A stretch of 58,465 nt of DNA from the NCBI GenBank assembly GCA_000320545.1, contig ADNK01003413.1, forward strand, positions 1 through 58,465, read 5' to 3'. Below the pieces are notes generated by a model. The model was given only the letters and a program-made list of their open reading frames with translations, did not search any database and was not told the origin of the DNA. Shown one piece after another: positions 38,219 through 52,627 of this stretch. Position 1 is the stretch's first letter. The number at the start of each line of letters is the position of its first letter. The DNA is from Bigelowiella natans CCMP2755. Its lineage: Eukaryota; Protista; Cercozoa. Made by a program: the position numbers and the translations under genes.

Positions 38219-41200
38219 TCATGAATCAGAACTGCGCGAGGACGACGACCTGTCATCGTGGTCCTGCAATGAGCGGGCCTCTAGCTGTTGGTACTTCATT
38301 GTTGGAGATTGATTGCTGGCCACCGGAAGAACATGGATGCTGCCAGAGCGGCTGATGTGGATGCGGTGATTTTGCCGATAGCTCTTCGACGACGAGTTGT
38401 CTGAAGCGAACCAAACACATTTCATTTGTCACACAGTCCAAGTAGGTGCACATCCGAGCGTGTTCAGAATCATCTATCATTACCAGCTTCCTCAACGCCC
38501 TCCCCCAGTCTCGTCAGAGGCTGCGATCTCGAAGTCACACCACAGCCTCTGGTGCGTGACCTCTCAATAGCCCCTCGCAGGCTGGACTTTGCTGATGATG
38601 ACCGCGTAGGAGAATCAGATCCTGCGTCGTCTTCCCCAGAATCATTGCCAAAGTGGCGAGAGCTGTGGTTGACCTGTGCACCACCTCGTCTTCTTCTGGC
38701 CTCCTCGACGCGTGCGAACGCGGCGTCCAAATTACTGTGCAAGTTCCGGCGCTCTAGCGAGGTCAGCTGGCCCCTTTGGTGAAGTTCTGAGTTGTTGTTG
38801 AAGAATCAGAAGGCGGGACGTAGAAGCAATTGCGATTAGCAGTCACATATCGATGGGGAGGAGAAGCAAAGCAGACCTCTCAGGTCCCTGAGGGCCAAGT
38901 CGTGCGCAGTGCCGAGGGTGCGGAACCGCTTCCCTAACACCGCGTGTTCAACCTTCAGTCGCTTCAGCTCCTCGTTCACGCGGTCATGTTCCCTATGCAT
39001 GGTGAAAGACAAACGATGCACTAAGAGCACCTACATGAAAATTGCAAAAATGCGAGATGATGTCACCCCCCCCTCCCCCTTATGAACGAAAAGGGCTAAG
39101 TGGACCTTTGAACGCCGTCAAGCTGGTCTTCTAGAACTGCAATTTCAGGCGTGGCGGCGCAGGTGCGCATCGCCAGTTTCTCCATGCAAGCATTGCTGCT
39201 GCTCCTCATGAGCATGCCCCTGGCGTCTTCGTGATACGCAATGCCCGACGGCTCGGGCAGAGAATCGAGCATTGCGACAAACTCCCTCTGCACGTATTGC
39301 AGCAGCAGTGCCTCCCTTTCCTGTGCACACCGCGTGCCGATGGCCAACAGCGTAACGAATTAGGACAAGTCGGAGAAGAGATAGCGCTGCTTGCAAAACA
39401 CTGTTACCTTCACAAAGACAGGGAGGGCTCCGACGAGCTGCACCTCGCCGCGACTAAGAGAACCATCCGGCGAGGAGGAGATATGCGCCACCTCGGTGCT
39501 CCTCCTAGCCCTGAAGCTCGAGACGTCCTCGTTTGTGTCTTGCCCCAGCGTTGATGTGATGATCATGGAGGCTGGCGGCTGCCGCTGCTGCGAAGTGGGA
39601 TGTTCGAGAAACATCCTTTGTGTGTCGGTCTCAGGATCCCAAGAAAAGCTCCATTTTCTCTCATCATCATCATCATCATCATCGCCGCCGCCGTGAGACT
39701 TGATCTTAGCCTGAGATGATTTGCTGTGCAGGACCACTCGATCTTCCTTCTTTTCCTCCGCCGTCTTTGTGACGGATGCTGCTGCTGCTGCTGCTGCTGC
39801 TGCATCCGAATCTGCCCCGTGGGCTGCCTCCTTCACCTCGTTCTTGTCAGGCTCCTGCTTTTCTTCAGTCAAATATTCTAGCAGGCTGCTGTCGCTTCCT
39901 GCAATGTACCCACACGGTCAGCATAGCGAAGAAAGAAGCAGAAAAGAGGAGTTGAGAGTACTGTTCAATAGGTCGTCGTCTGCAGATCCGTCGGCTGGCG
40001 TCTTATTCCGTCGCATCGGGTTGACGCTGAAGCCTGTTGGTTTCCCATTGAGATCGCTGGGAGCGGGCGATTCCGTGGGAGAATCGATGCTTCCGCCCTT
40101 CGCTTTGAGGAGCAAAACGCGCTGCTTGAACTCTTTCTCCAGCCGTCCCTTGGCGTTCGCCAGGTTCAGCTCTGCCGCGTTCCTCACCGCTGCGAGCTCC
40201 GCCGAATGCCTGCGATGGGATGATGAACAATGGCTGTGTGATTGTGAGTGGATAGGGGGGGTGATGGTCGTGTCTTGGAAAGGGCCTCTCTCACTTCCCC
40301 CACCCTGCTAGGGGAAAAAACGATCGCATCTCGCGACCAATCAGCTTGAACGATACCGTCGCTCCGCGTCCTTGAGCTCCTCTCTCCTCTCGGCAGCCAG
40401 CGATCTCATCTTCTCCATTCGTTGGGCCAATTCAATCCCCTTCTCGGTCAATCGGCCGATGTGCTGTCGGTGCTCTGCCTCCGCCTCTCGCATGAGCTTC
40501 GAGTAGTGGTTCTCTTGCTCGTCGATCCGGCGTAAAGCCCCCAGCTCGGTTTTCTTCTGCGCGGCCTTCGCCGCGCTTAGCTCCTCGGAGAACTGCAGCT
40601 CGAGCTTCTCCTGAAGCAGCAGCAGCTTAGCGTTGGCGTCCTTCGATGCCTGGAGATCTCGCTCAGCGAGCATGAGTTGTCGGCGATTTTGTGAGATGGC
40701 CATGATGAGACTGCTGTGCCTCCTCCTGCTGCGTCCCCTCCCCCCCCCTCTCTCTCCTGAACCTAGGGCGAGTTGGTGTTTGTGTTAAAATTGGCTGGGA
40801 GCGATGGGGGGGGAAGGTGCTACCCGTGGGGCTGCTCGGGGAATAGAGAAACGGTGAAGATAATGCTGTCGCTTCCTGCCTGCTCCTCCTCCTCCTTCCT
40901 GCTAGCGATCCAACCTAAATGCGAAACGAGAGTCTCATGGGGGGCGTCTATCAAAACTGAGTGCGTGGCCATCCATCAAGGAATCGTTGTTGTGCACCAG
41001 ACACACCCTCGAGTTGATATCGTCGTCTCCCTCCTCCTCTTCCTCCCCCTCTCGGCGGCTTGCTACGACGAGCGATTTCAATCTGGAGATCTCGGCTTCG
41101 AGCTTTCCTTCCTTTTCCTCGGCGGCCCGCGCTGCCTGAGCAAGATCTGCCAGGGCTTGCCGCTCTCGCTCCTCCACTCGATCGAGAAGTTCCCTGCACC

Positions 41201-43010
41201 GGGACTCTTTGGCCTCCATTCTATGAGGAGGAGTGTAAGGAAGAGGGACAAGGAGGACACGTTGATTCATGTCATCGACAGAGTAAGAAACACACACACA
41301 TACTCACACACACACACACACACACACACACCCACGCACACACATACACACACGCGCGCGCAAGCACGTCATAAACACACAAACGGACGCACGCGCGCAC
41401 ACGTTCACTCGTGCATCCGCAATTGTTCGTTTTTTCTCCAGATGTTCGCATCCATCACTCTTGCTTGTGTTTGACGACGATGGCGTCGAGGGCCTTGTTG
41501 ATGCGCTGACTTTCGATGTCGTGAGCCCTAGCCTGTCAACAATTAGGGTACCATTGGCGACGTCATACTCGGGGGGGGGGGGGGGACAGACGAGCGACAC
41601 ATGCTACTACATCGATGCTGCCGTGACAAATCGCGTCTATTGAGCGCAAATCAGCCGACCTGTTCCTTCATCTCGATGGCGTGGTTCTTCCTCATTTTGC
41701 TGATCTCATCCGCATGTTCCTCGCCCACCTTCTTCAGCGCATCCGCATTGGCCTTCTCCAACATGTCGAGCCTTTCTTGCAACAATTTCGCAACACTGTT
41801 CGCCTCGGCTTCGGATGCCGATCCAGCCTCCGACGCTGCCTCGGCCGTGATGATCTCCTCCTTAGTGTGACGTTGCGTGCCTCTCGCATCCGCCTCTTCC
41901 TTGAAGTTTTCCCTAATTTTCAAACAACTCTGGCGCTGTTTTGTCATTTCTTCGTCCTTGACGGCCCCTGCGCTGTCAGCGGCTGCTCCAGTGGTAGATT
42001 CGAGGCGTAGTAAGGCTGAACTTTGCAGCTGCTGCTGCTGCTGCTGCTGCTGCTCCTGCTGGTCATGACGGCGGGAGTTCCTAGCCTTTACATCGGCGTT
42101 GTGCGCAGCATCCAAAGCGCTACTATTTTTCTGCTTCCGAGAGAGACTCAAAGCCTCCATTCGCTTCAAATCGGTCAGCAGCTGCGACAACGATGCTGTT
42201 GAAAGAGGAGGGGGAGGATCACCGACGACGGGGGCAGCATGTTCCAGAGCCCCTCCCATTACATCGCCAGCACCAGCATGGGCCGAGGCGCTCCTTTTTC
42301 CTCCTGTCCTCTCGCCTCGGCCTCCGCAGCCCGCGACTCCATCGCCACCAGTGCACTCCGCCATGATGCTCGCTATCTTGTTTACCAGCGCGTTTGCTTC
42401 GTTGACCTGGGAGTCCAAGGCGCTCTTGAAGCGACGTGCTTTCTCCTGCTCAAGTTTCAGGCCGCCGCAAGCCTCTTGCAGCCGTTGGCTCAGTTTGCTC
42501 CTCTCCGCCTCCAACGCGCGGCTCTCCTTCTCGAGCTTCTCGATCCGCGACGCTGCTGATTCTGCCTCGATTCGCAGTTGCTCTGCGTCAGCCATAGCCT
42601 TCTCGGCGTGTCTCTTCGCCTCGGACTCGAGGTACTGCAGCCGGTACTCAAGGCTCTTCGTCTTTGCGTGGTCGTTGCGCTTGCGATCACGCTCGCTGTC
42701 GAGCTGCTTTTGGAGAGCGGTGCATTTTTCCCTTAACACTTTTACCAGAGCTTGATAGTTTTCGCTGTCCCCCTGCGTCTCTTTGCCGCCGCCGCCGCCG
42801 CCGTCGTCGTCGTCGTCGTGGTGGTGCTTCTCATCATTTATGGTCGCTGGAGGAGATGCTGAGGAAGAAGGGGTCTTGCCGTCGCTGCGGCTTGCCTGTT
42901 TTCACGAACGTGCTCACTCAATACATCGTTAGGAGCGGGAGTGTTGTAGTATGGGACGATTGAAATACATTTTAAGCGGAGGACGTTCACTGCCTCTCCC
43001 CCCTCATCAG

Positions 43011-43052
<42 letters not shown>

Positions 43053-45556
43053 GTTCTAAGTCTTAACCTGTTTCTGCTTCCTCTCCCGCGCGCTTTTCTC
43101 AAGCAAGAGGGCTGCGGCAGCAGCCGCTTCTAGCTCCCTTGCTCGCTGGAGTGCTTGTTCGTAGTCGTCGACGAGCCTGATGGTAGGGAGAAGTGTGAGA
43201 AGCTCCTTGCCCTTCGAACGAATTGCCTTCTCCGCGTACGCGCACTCTTGCTGCTGCTTTAGGGTCAGCTTCTCCTCTATCGAAACCTAGCATGACAAAG
43301 CAGTGAAGAAGATGATGGGGGGGGAGGGCGATCATGATGAGGATGATGATGAGGAGGAGAGGCTGCCGATGGCTCGGCGTTGGATTAGGAGTCTACGACT
43401 CCGCTCTCTCAGAGAGAGCTGCGACAGATTGCAATGGTCATAGAAGAGTGGGATCGTACTTTGAATGGTGATATACGCATTGAAAACCTTTGGAAAAAAA
43501 AAAAAGGAAAAAAAAAGGGGAACAAAAAAGAGAGAGCTTCTTTTCAATGCCAACAGAAGGCTAGGCTGCCGGCCTGGGGAGCACATCCTGCTGGCTACGC
43601 ACCTCTCGGATCGAGCCTATGAAACTCTTCAACTTCCGGTGTAGCGCCTCCCACGCCGCCTTGAACTTGAGCGGAGCGATGAGGGTGAAGTTGTCCTTGT
43701 TGACCGTCGGCATTATGCTCTCCGGCAGGTAGGAGGAGGACGAGTAGCAAGAAGCAGCGCCGCCTCCATACCCCGAGGCGAAGGACCTCGTGTCCGAGTT
43801 CGCCGCCATCGATGCATTGCAGTCGATGCAGGTGTCACCGGCGGCGACCTCCGCCACTCTCCCGGGGGAATGCACGTGCGAAGGGGCGCGACGAGGGGGG
43901 CGACTCGATAGCGTTGGAGGGGAGAACGCAGCCTCGGCCGATTCAGAAGCCGCGTTGTGCGCGCCGTGTGTGCTATCGTTCTTCTTCATGCGTCGTGGGA
44001 GGCTGCTTGAGGTCTTGGCCGTCACCTTGCGCTTGCGCTCTGCAGAGGGGGATGCGTGACTCATGCCGAGCTTTCTCGGCAGCGTGCTCGCCCTGCCACT
44101 GTAGTTTGTGCTTGGCTTTCTCGCTGCAGGCAACAACGGCGAAGGGCTGCGCGATTTGCGGCGATCGTACCTCGTGCCCCCCCCCCTCGCCATCGTCGTT
44201 GGGATGATGATTGGCGTGGAGCTTCGACTGGAGAGCCTACTGGTGGACTCGGGATGATGGTTCCCCCCGCCCCCGTCATCACCACTCGCCGGGGGCACTG
44301 GAGGAAGCTCGCCATCAATAAGCTCCTGCGCCTCGTACACTCGTAGCTGCTGCATCCGGTCTCCCACTGCCCCCGCCTCGCGCATTTGCGTGTCCGCATG
44401 GCTGGGGGTGATGAAGAGAACCCTCGAGTCGCCGCCCGATGGCGAACGAAGGGCAACAACCAACGTCGGTATGATCGAGGAGGCAGTATCTGCTGCTGCT
44501 GTTGTTGTTGCTGCTGCTGCTGATTCTGATGGCGGTGGTCGTAACCTTCCGAAACCCCTCCCTCATCCCCCCCCCCCCCATCCTCTTCCCCCTCGCAGAT
44601 GTGCTGCTGGAACGTGTCGTTGTTACTTCCATCGGTATTGGTGACGCCGTCCTCCTGACGGCCGATCTTATCCAAGGGGGTTGATAACACACTGCTGATG
44701 CTCGTGTGACGTGATAGCGGGCGGGGCTTCCTCCCCCCCCCCGTCCCCCATCCTCCACTGGAAGAAAGCAGCCGCCTCAGGCTCTGCCCGTCCGCTCTCG
44801 TGCGGCTTTTTCTGCGAGGGAAATCTGGCTTCGGTGGTGAGAGGCAGTAGGCAGATGCCACTGCCATCTCAGGGGGGGCACCAGCAACGTGGGCGTTGGG
44901 TGCCAGGGGGGGGGAGGAAAGTGGAGAAGAAGAAGAAGAAGAAGAAGAAAAAGCAGAAGAAGAGAACAGCGGTTTCACAGCTGCCGCGCGAAATCTGATG
45001 CTCATCACCGTTCCGACAGTCTCTGGCACGTGTATAGCGCGTACCACCTTGCACACAATTTTGAGGAGTGGGGCGCGTGCGGGGGGAGGATAACCAAATC
45101 AGAGAGAGAGAGAAAGAGAGAGCAGAGGATGAGAATAGGGCTTGGAAAGGGGATGGAGAGATGATCCAGATGAGAGAAATAAGAGGAGAGGTGGGGGAGA
45201 GAGGGGGAGAGGAAATGGAGATAATGTGCAATAGATCGGGGCTTCTCCATCGCATTGCTATGTAATCGGGAAGAGAGGGGAGGGAGGGGGGGGAGAGGGG
45301 GGACGACGACGCGTCGTATTTGTTAAGATCGTGCTCTAGATAGAAGCTTCGACCTGCAATGAGCTAATATCCCACATCTTTATAACGTTGCCAAGCGTAG
45401 CGGTGCAGATGCTTTTTTTTTAAGAGGAGGAGGAGGAGGAGGAGGACGAGGAGGAGGAGGAGGAGGAGGAAAGGCAGTGACATGAAAACGGTAACTTACA
45501 CTTTATTTCTCCTGTCTGTTCATCGATAATTGCACATTAATAATAAATGATAAGAA

Positions 45557-45588
<32 letters not shown>

Positions 45589-46160
45589 CATTTTAATATC
45601 TCGCGTGCAGTTCTACCATTTCTGAGCTCGCACAACGGCAACGATATGCGAATAGCGCGAGTCGTTTTTCTGCTCTTTGTATGCGGTGAAACTCTTCCAC
45701 TGGCGAAATGCATACCACACACGCACACACACACGCATACACGCACACACGCACACAAGAAGACACGTATAGAAATTAGGAGGGGGTTCAAGATAGGAAG
45801 GAGAGGGGGATTTAGGGAGACAGAATCAGCAGATCGCTGAAGGTCAACTTCCAATGTAATTATCAGTAAGATAATAGCACCGGTGTCAGCTGTTTCGGGG
45901 GCGACGGCTTCTGCTTTCTCCCTGTCACTTTGTCGGTGATAGCTCCAGCTGCTGCCGCCTTGTCCCATATGCACACCTTTCCATGGACGCCAGCACTCCA
46001 GATCGTATCCCCAACCTCGACCATTGCCTTTGTTGTGGGCAAGGCTTAATTGGTGCGCAAATCGGGAACCACTCATACCGTCGATAACTCACACTTGGGA
46101 AGTAATTTGTGCTAACGTAAGCACGTCAATATACTCAACCGAGTTCTCTCTCCCTCTCCG

Positions 46161-46217
<57 letters not shown>

Positions 46218-46700
46218 TATATGTAGCAACGCAATCGTGTCAGAATGTGTATATACCTCGCAGTGACCCCCCTCCTTCACGACGGATTTAGCTAGTAGCT
46301 TCTGCGTTTTCGAGTCAAAAACTCGAATAGCATCTCTCCATGCAACCCACAGTAGGCAGCGGCCATTATGTGTGGCGGCGATCATCGCACACGCGGCGGC
46401 GCGCTTGTGACCTTTGAGTTGCGTACTGCAGATCTCCAGAATCTGCAGGATTACGATCCATTTGATAGAGGGGATTGTATGTGGACAAGGAAAAGCAAAA
46501 ACCAAAGAGTTGCCCTCTAATCATACAACGACAACGCAAATATGGAAACGTATATCAGCGACGATCACCTGACCACTCGCAGCTCTTCCTGCCTCCAGAG
46601 TCGGCACCTTTCGCTGAAGAATCGCACGGTCGACCAAGCTCGCGGTCCAAAGGTGGGCTGCAGATGCTGCTATAAGCTTCACTTCTTTTTTCGATGTCAT
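38219..46700 (-). CDS. Large uncharacterised multi-exon gene (possibly two): beta-strand/WD-like N-terminal exons, low-complexity middle, long coiled coils
   Basis: Coiled-coil ORFs 41651..42739 and 40341..40703, plus exons near 40935-41220 and 39360-40200. N-terminal exons such as LLWVAWRDAIRVFDSKTQKLL. Boundaries approximate. Confidence 0.5.
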
Positions 46701-47770
46701 GCGATTCTCCCTCCTATCACACACAATTACGCTGTAGATTCTCGCCAAAATTCACTGCAGTGTGCACAAACCAAGGAAAATCAGCTGCAATGCGCCTCAC
46801 CTTTTGTGTAGATTCGTATAGTCGCTAGTGGAATGCAGACAAATAGTATCTTTCGCATCGTAAGCACTAACACATCCGTCGCTCGCTCCGACCCAAACCC
46901 GGTCGCTTTTTTAGAAAGTACATATTGTGTGAGGAAAAGACTATGTAGGCGGCTATTGTTATAGGCCGTCTCTTTCTGAAATGGACGGGTTGATGAAAGG
47001 AGGTGTAATTAGCGAGATAATGCCGTGCCAAACGTACGTTGGAGCATCGTAGAATATAGCGCTGGCGAATGACTTCTCAGTGTGGTACTTCTGCGGAAAC
47101 ACAAGGCAGGAACGGCAGTTAGGCTTTACCCTTCAAGAAGCGATAGGTTCGAATCCCTTTCTCTACCGGGCGCCGATATGCGAGATGCCTCCCGGTGGCG
47201 ATGTCGCGGATGGCTATCCTTCCATCTTGCAGTCCAAGCCTGGGTTTTGAACAAAGATGAGATGAAGGACAACGAAAGGCGGCGCTCAAACCGCACACCG
47301 CCGCTCCGCCAACCCTACCAGAGGTAATCCGCGACGAACTCGACGCTTTGAACGGCCGGTCTCACGCGAACCTCACGCGCGATGAGCATCCAATGCCAAG
47401 AAAATCCGAGACTGGGAGGGGCTCGCGCGGTTTTCCAAAGCAGGCTTCCCTTCGCCTTCGTGCTGCCGGCCTGGCAGTTGACTTGCTGCCCGTCGGGCCA
47501 CTACCGACATTCCCCGCTCCAGGAGCGCCGGATCCCCGGGAATCTTAGCGTGCGACAACGAAAGCGACGCTTTTTCCAGCAAATATCCGCTCCTGCTTTT
47601 TGTACGAGCACCGTCCAACGGGTCGATACCGAACCATCGCAGGATGTGGGCATCGCGGATCTCCGATAATCTCCGTGGATATTTTACCGATCTCCAAGGA
47701 TCTCGAAAAAGTCTCCCGCAGCCGCCGGCAACTGCCACGCCCGTCGCCTCTCGATCCCCACCCCTAAAGG

Positions 47771-48872
47771 ATGCTCCGCCGCCGTGGATTCACGTTACTT
47801 CGTTCCCTGTGGAAAATGCCAGGGACGCACCAGTCCCGCCATCTTACTCCAAGGGTTTCCTTCTCCTCAGATACGGTGCGAACGCCCTTGCATGTTGCGA
47901 GGGAGAAACCTCACGCTGATGGTGTGTGTGTGTGTGTGTGTGTGCGTTCTGCCCAACCTCTCCAGCCCTCCGAGGAGCTCGTTATTCGTCGCCACACCGA
48001 CGATCTGGCAGGAATTGTCGAACTGTCAATGAACAGGCCCAAGGTTGCCCCTCAGTTGCCCTACAGATATGTGCTTGTGTTGTTAGCTCAGCTGTGGCTT
48101 GTTGCAGGCCCGAAACGCTCTTGGAAAAAATCTGGTCGCCATGCTTGGAGATGCGCTTTCAGAAATCAGTTTTGACAAGGTGGGTCATATTGTTAGCATC
48201 GTGGCCGATGCCAGGATTGTATCCATCGTGGCGTGTGTTGTACTTTGCGCCATAGGATGTACGGGCAGTCATATTGCGGAGCGAAAATGCTGGCATGTTC
48301 TGTGCCGGGGCTGACTTAAAGGAGCGATCTCAAATGTCTCCTGAGGAGGTAGACTACTTGGAATCGAAAACAATAACGTTAAATTTCTGAAATAATCCTC
48401 CTCGCAGGTCGGTCCATTTGTATCGAAGCTACGTGGCCTCGTTACATCGTTCGCAGAGCTGCCAATGCCAGTTATAGCTGCTATCGATGGCGCAGCGCTG
48501 GGAGGTACTCTTACATCACTCCAATTAAAAGCTTTTTAATAAGAACAAAACGACAGGATCAAGTGTGCAAAAGTTGTCAGAAACTTGTTTCGTGTGGTTT
48601 TTTATAAACATGATTGTTTTCGTAGGAGGGCTGGAGGTCGCCCTCGCATGCGACATGCGCGTTTGCTCGGATACAGCGAAGATTGGCCTCGTAGAGACAA
48701 AGCTTGCGATCATCCCAGGTTTCAAAATCTGTCGGCATGGAAAATGATGCTAAATATTCCTGATTCGGTCTCGTCTCGTCCGACAAACCAAACAAACTAC
48801 TCGCAGGCGCTGGAGGTACTCAAAGGCTTCCCCGCCTTGTCGGACCGGTTGATGATGAGAACGCTGCAAACA

Positions 48873-48942
<70 letters not shown>

Positions 48943-49605
48943 TAGAGAGCGAAAAGAGGCGAGGAAAAGAAAGAGCCAGAAAAAAATCAGGCTAGAGAGG
49001 GCCCGTGGTCACCTCGAGCAATTTCACAGGCTATCGCGAAGGAACTCATATATACGGCAAAGATCATGGATGGGACTGAAGCTGCACAGCTGGGTGTCGT
49101 GAACCGATCGGTGCCGCAGGTGCTCACTAAGCACATAACAACTCGGTGGAGGTTGAAGGCTTATCCTATGTAATTGACAGAATGAAGAAGGAAACGCTGC
49201 TGCCCAGGCTGCGCTGGAACTGGCGAAGAAAATTATTCCGAATGGACCAATCGGGGTGAAGGTAAAATGAGCTGCTGCGTCCGCTCTCAACAACATTATA
49301 TGTACTATATGAGATGAGGTCGATAACGAGTGGATACTTGAGCAGATGGCCAAGGCAGCTATTAACAAAGGATTAGAGGTACCGCTAGAGTCTGGCCTGG
49401 CCTTTGAGCAAGCATGCTACGCCCAAGTTATCCCTACAAAAGACCGGTCAGAAGAGCGATGGCCAAAATTTGTCACATTTTTTGGATTCCGTATAAAATT
49501 AAGTTGTTCGAATTTTTACGCGTGTAATAATATGTCGCTGATGTTAGGCTGGAAGGACTTGCTGCTTTCCGGGAAAAACGAACTCCGGAGTACAAAGGCG
49601 AATGA
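47771..49605 (+). CDS. AUH: Mitochondrial methylglutaconyl-CoA hydratase (enoyl-CoA hydratase/crotonase family)
   Basis: Transit-like [12 protein letters not shown]. Spliced exons give [105 protein letters not shown]. Confidence 0.92.
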
Positions 49606-49630
49606 ATTGCTATGTTCAATAACGACAATG

Positions 49631-49632
<2 letters not shown>

Positions 49633-49671
<39 letters not shown>

Positions 49672-49854
49672 GTGCGGATCTGATCTCACGAAGTTTTATG
49701 TTGAAATACAAATTGCAGCTAGCGATTCAGTGTGCTTTGGATACGATGCAATGTAGACGAGTCTCATGCATGTGCTGACGCAGCCGTGCATGACGTAGCC
49801 AACACACTGCAGCTGCCTGCCTACATGTTTCATGGGCTGCCAAATGAGTGACAG
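49633..49854 (+). repeat. Diverged direct repeat, copy A ((GA)n plus ~190 bp)
   Basis: Shares TTGAAAT(A/G)CAAATTGCAGCTAGC, GCATGTGCTGACGCA and CATGTTTCATGGGCTGC in the same order with 54903..55143. Confidence 0.85.
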
Positions 49855-50688
49855 ATGGGGAGTGTTTGTTCGCACCGCTATATACCGCTGTACATTCTCA
49901 TCATGTGGGTGCGAACGTGCTAGCTAGCGTGCTGATGGTCTCCATGCATTGAATCTGTGCGTTATTGCCGCCAGCAGCTCTAGAGCTGTAACTTTGCAGA
50001 AACAAACGCAAGGATGGACCAAAATGGATCGGACAGGCTAGCAGGTCTTGTGCAACAGGTCGCTCACGGCGAGCTGATCGTCACATTCTAGCATTGTCAT
50101 GCATGCGCATGCCAGCACGCCTGCATTACATCATGATGTTTTGCATGCTTGTTAGCAAAGGAGACCGCAACAGCGTAGCGCACCATGATCGCAAGCCATC
50201 TATGCTAGCATGTATCATTCACTCCAAGCTGACCAGTGAGCACGATTGATTCGTCTTGCGTGCTCGCGCTGTGTGTTCGGAAATGAAATGAATAAAGGAC
50301 CATGCATGCGCGTCGCAAGCAAGTGAGAATCACGACTCGCAAGCGCGCGCGTTCAGATTAAATAAGATTGCAATGTGGTGCATGCCAAATCTGATGACAA
50401 CGGGAGGCTTTAGTAGAAACGCAACGGCAACATGATGCTATCAGGATCACAGCAAAAGCGGGAATGCAGCTTATTGCCAGCTTGTTGTCAGAACGATGCA
50501 GATTGGTGATGCAATCAGAAGGAAGCAATCAGCAGTGAGGTGTTGCAACAACGATGTGCAATGCAACTAACCATTTTTCTAGAATTTCATCAAAATGAAA
50601 ATTTGCTTCAATGATCTTCACGCGCCACTTATCTCGGACTTGGGTTTTCGCTTGCGCTAGCTCCACATGTTCCACATGTTCCTCAAGA

Positions 50689-52429
50689 TTAGAACATGAT
50701 CGAAGACGCCTGTCGCTTCGAGTCTTTCATGAGCCTCACGGGTCTGGCCTGTTTATCAACGAATCTCTCCATCGCTAGAAGCGTAAGGGTGCTCACCCAC
50801 TCTTTTCCGTCTTTTCCGAACGCCATCCTAAACGGCAATTGCTCCGACGACGATTTTTCCTCCCAATCAGATTTGAACTTGCGAAAGATCCCGACCATTT
50901 CCTTAACATTGAACCAACGCGTGCCCTGGATCTCAGTCTCGTCCATTTTCACCGTCTTCGACTTCGCTTTAACAATGAAGTACATGAAGTGGTCGTTGAT
51001 GAGTCCATCACGCGAACGCGGCTGGTTGCAGCCGACTCCCAGCAATGTTTCAAAAGTGTCGTCTAACTCAATTCCAGTCTCCTCACGAAGCTCACGCATT
51101 GCAGTCTCGAGACATGATTCCCCGATATCTGTAGCCCCCCCAGCCCTCGACCAGCAACCATACTCAAGCACTAGTAGAAATTCTTTTTCGTCGGGAGACA
51201 ACACTATTGCGCCCCCTCCCTCGATGCTCGTGGAATACCTGGGAACTCGCGATTCCATGTCCGTTCTGGTCCACTTGAACCACACCTAAAGGGCATGAGT
51301 CTTCAAATCAATGTGGGGGCGAGGTCGAAGGTGGCAACATTCATCAACGAAGTAAATCTTAATCAATCAGCGGACTAACGAATTCATCTGTTGCTTCGTT
51401 GTGGTTGTAGAACTTGTAATTCCGAGACAAAACCAGTGACATCTGAACAAACAAATCAGACATGATGACGACGTCATGCGATCCTGCTTCTGTTATTCTG
51501 TCGTGTGTTGTGTTATCTGATAGTTTCCAATGATTTATTTTTCGATAAGTGTTGATTCAAATTAGGGTTAGGGTAAGGGGTTAGGCTATTCAGGGGGATA
51601 ACCCCACATATTCTGTTGTGACTAGACGTTGGGGCATTGCCACGTAGACAGCACCAGATTTAACCGCCTCACATTTCTCCAAACAAGTAGTAAGATCCTT
51701 GGATGCAATCGGTTTCCTGACACGTATCCACTGACCACCGTACCTGGCACCTTGGACAACGACAGCGTGGCTTCCATCTCGTGGAAGAGTTGGCGTCAGT
51801 TGGACGTATTTCAATGAATCTTCCTTGAATTCTGGAATGTGAAGGACAGCTGATGGGAACGATGGCCCTTTTGTCTCCCTCATCGCTTCCAGTAAAAGTT
51901 GAACGCCCAGCTCTGTTACTCCAGGGATGGTGTCTTCGCGACCCCCCGAGAACATGAGAGATTTCGGTTTGTGTGTGTTCAAGAATGCTTTAAGTTGCTT
52001 CCCAAGCTCTGGAATCTTCTCCTTAGTGATGTCCCACACGATCATCACAGGTCGTCTTTTCTCGTCCTTCGGGGCAATCACCTTAAAGTCTGCGTCAGAT
52101 GGCTTATCCACTGGGATATATTCATACTTTCCGTCGGTGAATACTGTGAAAGTCTTCGTGGTGCCCATGCCTGTTCTTGGCTTCACTGTGAGGAAGGCAA
52201 GGCATGCATCGGCCATCGCTGCATTAGCTTGGTCTCGCCATTCATAATTACCTTCCCCTTCAACCAGGCCGTGAGCCTTCGCCACTTCCTCCCCCTTCCC
52301 ATCAAAGCGTTTGAAGCCTTTTGGCATGTATCCTTTCACTCCGATGTTATGCTTTTTATACGGAAATTGTAGAGGGATTGAGTCTGCTCCGGTCTGACCA
52401 CCCGTTACGAAAACCTTGAGGGCGTGCAT
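50689..52429 (-). CDS. Fusion of a SLOG-superfamily cpYpsA ('putative molybdenum carrier') domain and a NUDT6-like Nudix hydrolase; 3 exons
   Basis: Exons 51608..52429, 51380..51442 and 50689..51285 join in phase 0. N-terminal KVFVTGGQTGAD...GYMPKG...RDQANAAMADACLAF. C-terminal PRYSTSIEGGGAIV and Nudix box GGATDIGESCLETAMRELREETGI. Confidence 0.8.
51562..51585 (+). repeat. Interstitial telomere-like (TTAGGG) repeats inside an intron
   Basis: TTAGGGTTAGGGTAAGGGGTTAGG. Confidence 0.7.
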
Positions 52430-52516
52430 GGGCGAATGTTTCTTCTCTTTCTTCACACCGGAGACCAATGAGTGAGTTAGTTTGGTAGATCTACTCTAGT
52501 ATTTGAGTTGCTTCGG

Positions 52517-52572
52517 CCCGAGGATCCTGGTAGGAATGTTCCTCCTCCTTTCTGCTTTCGACCGAGCCGAGA

Positions 52573-52627
<55 letters not shown>

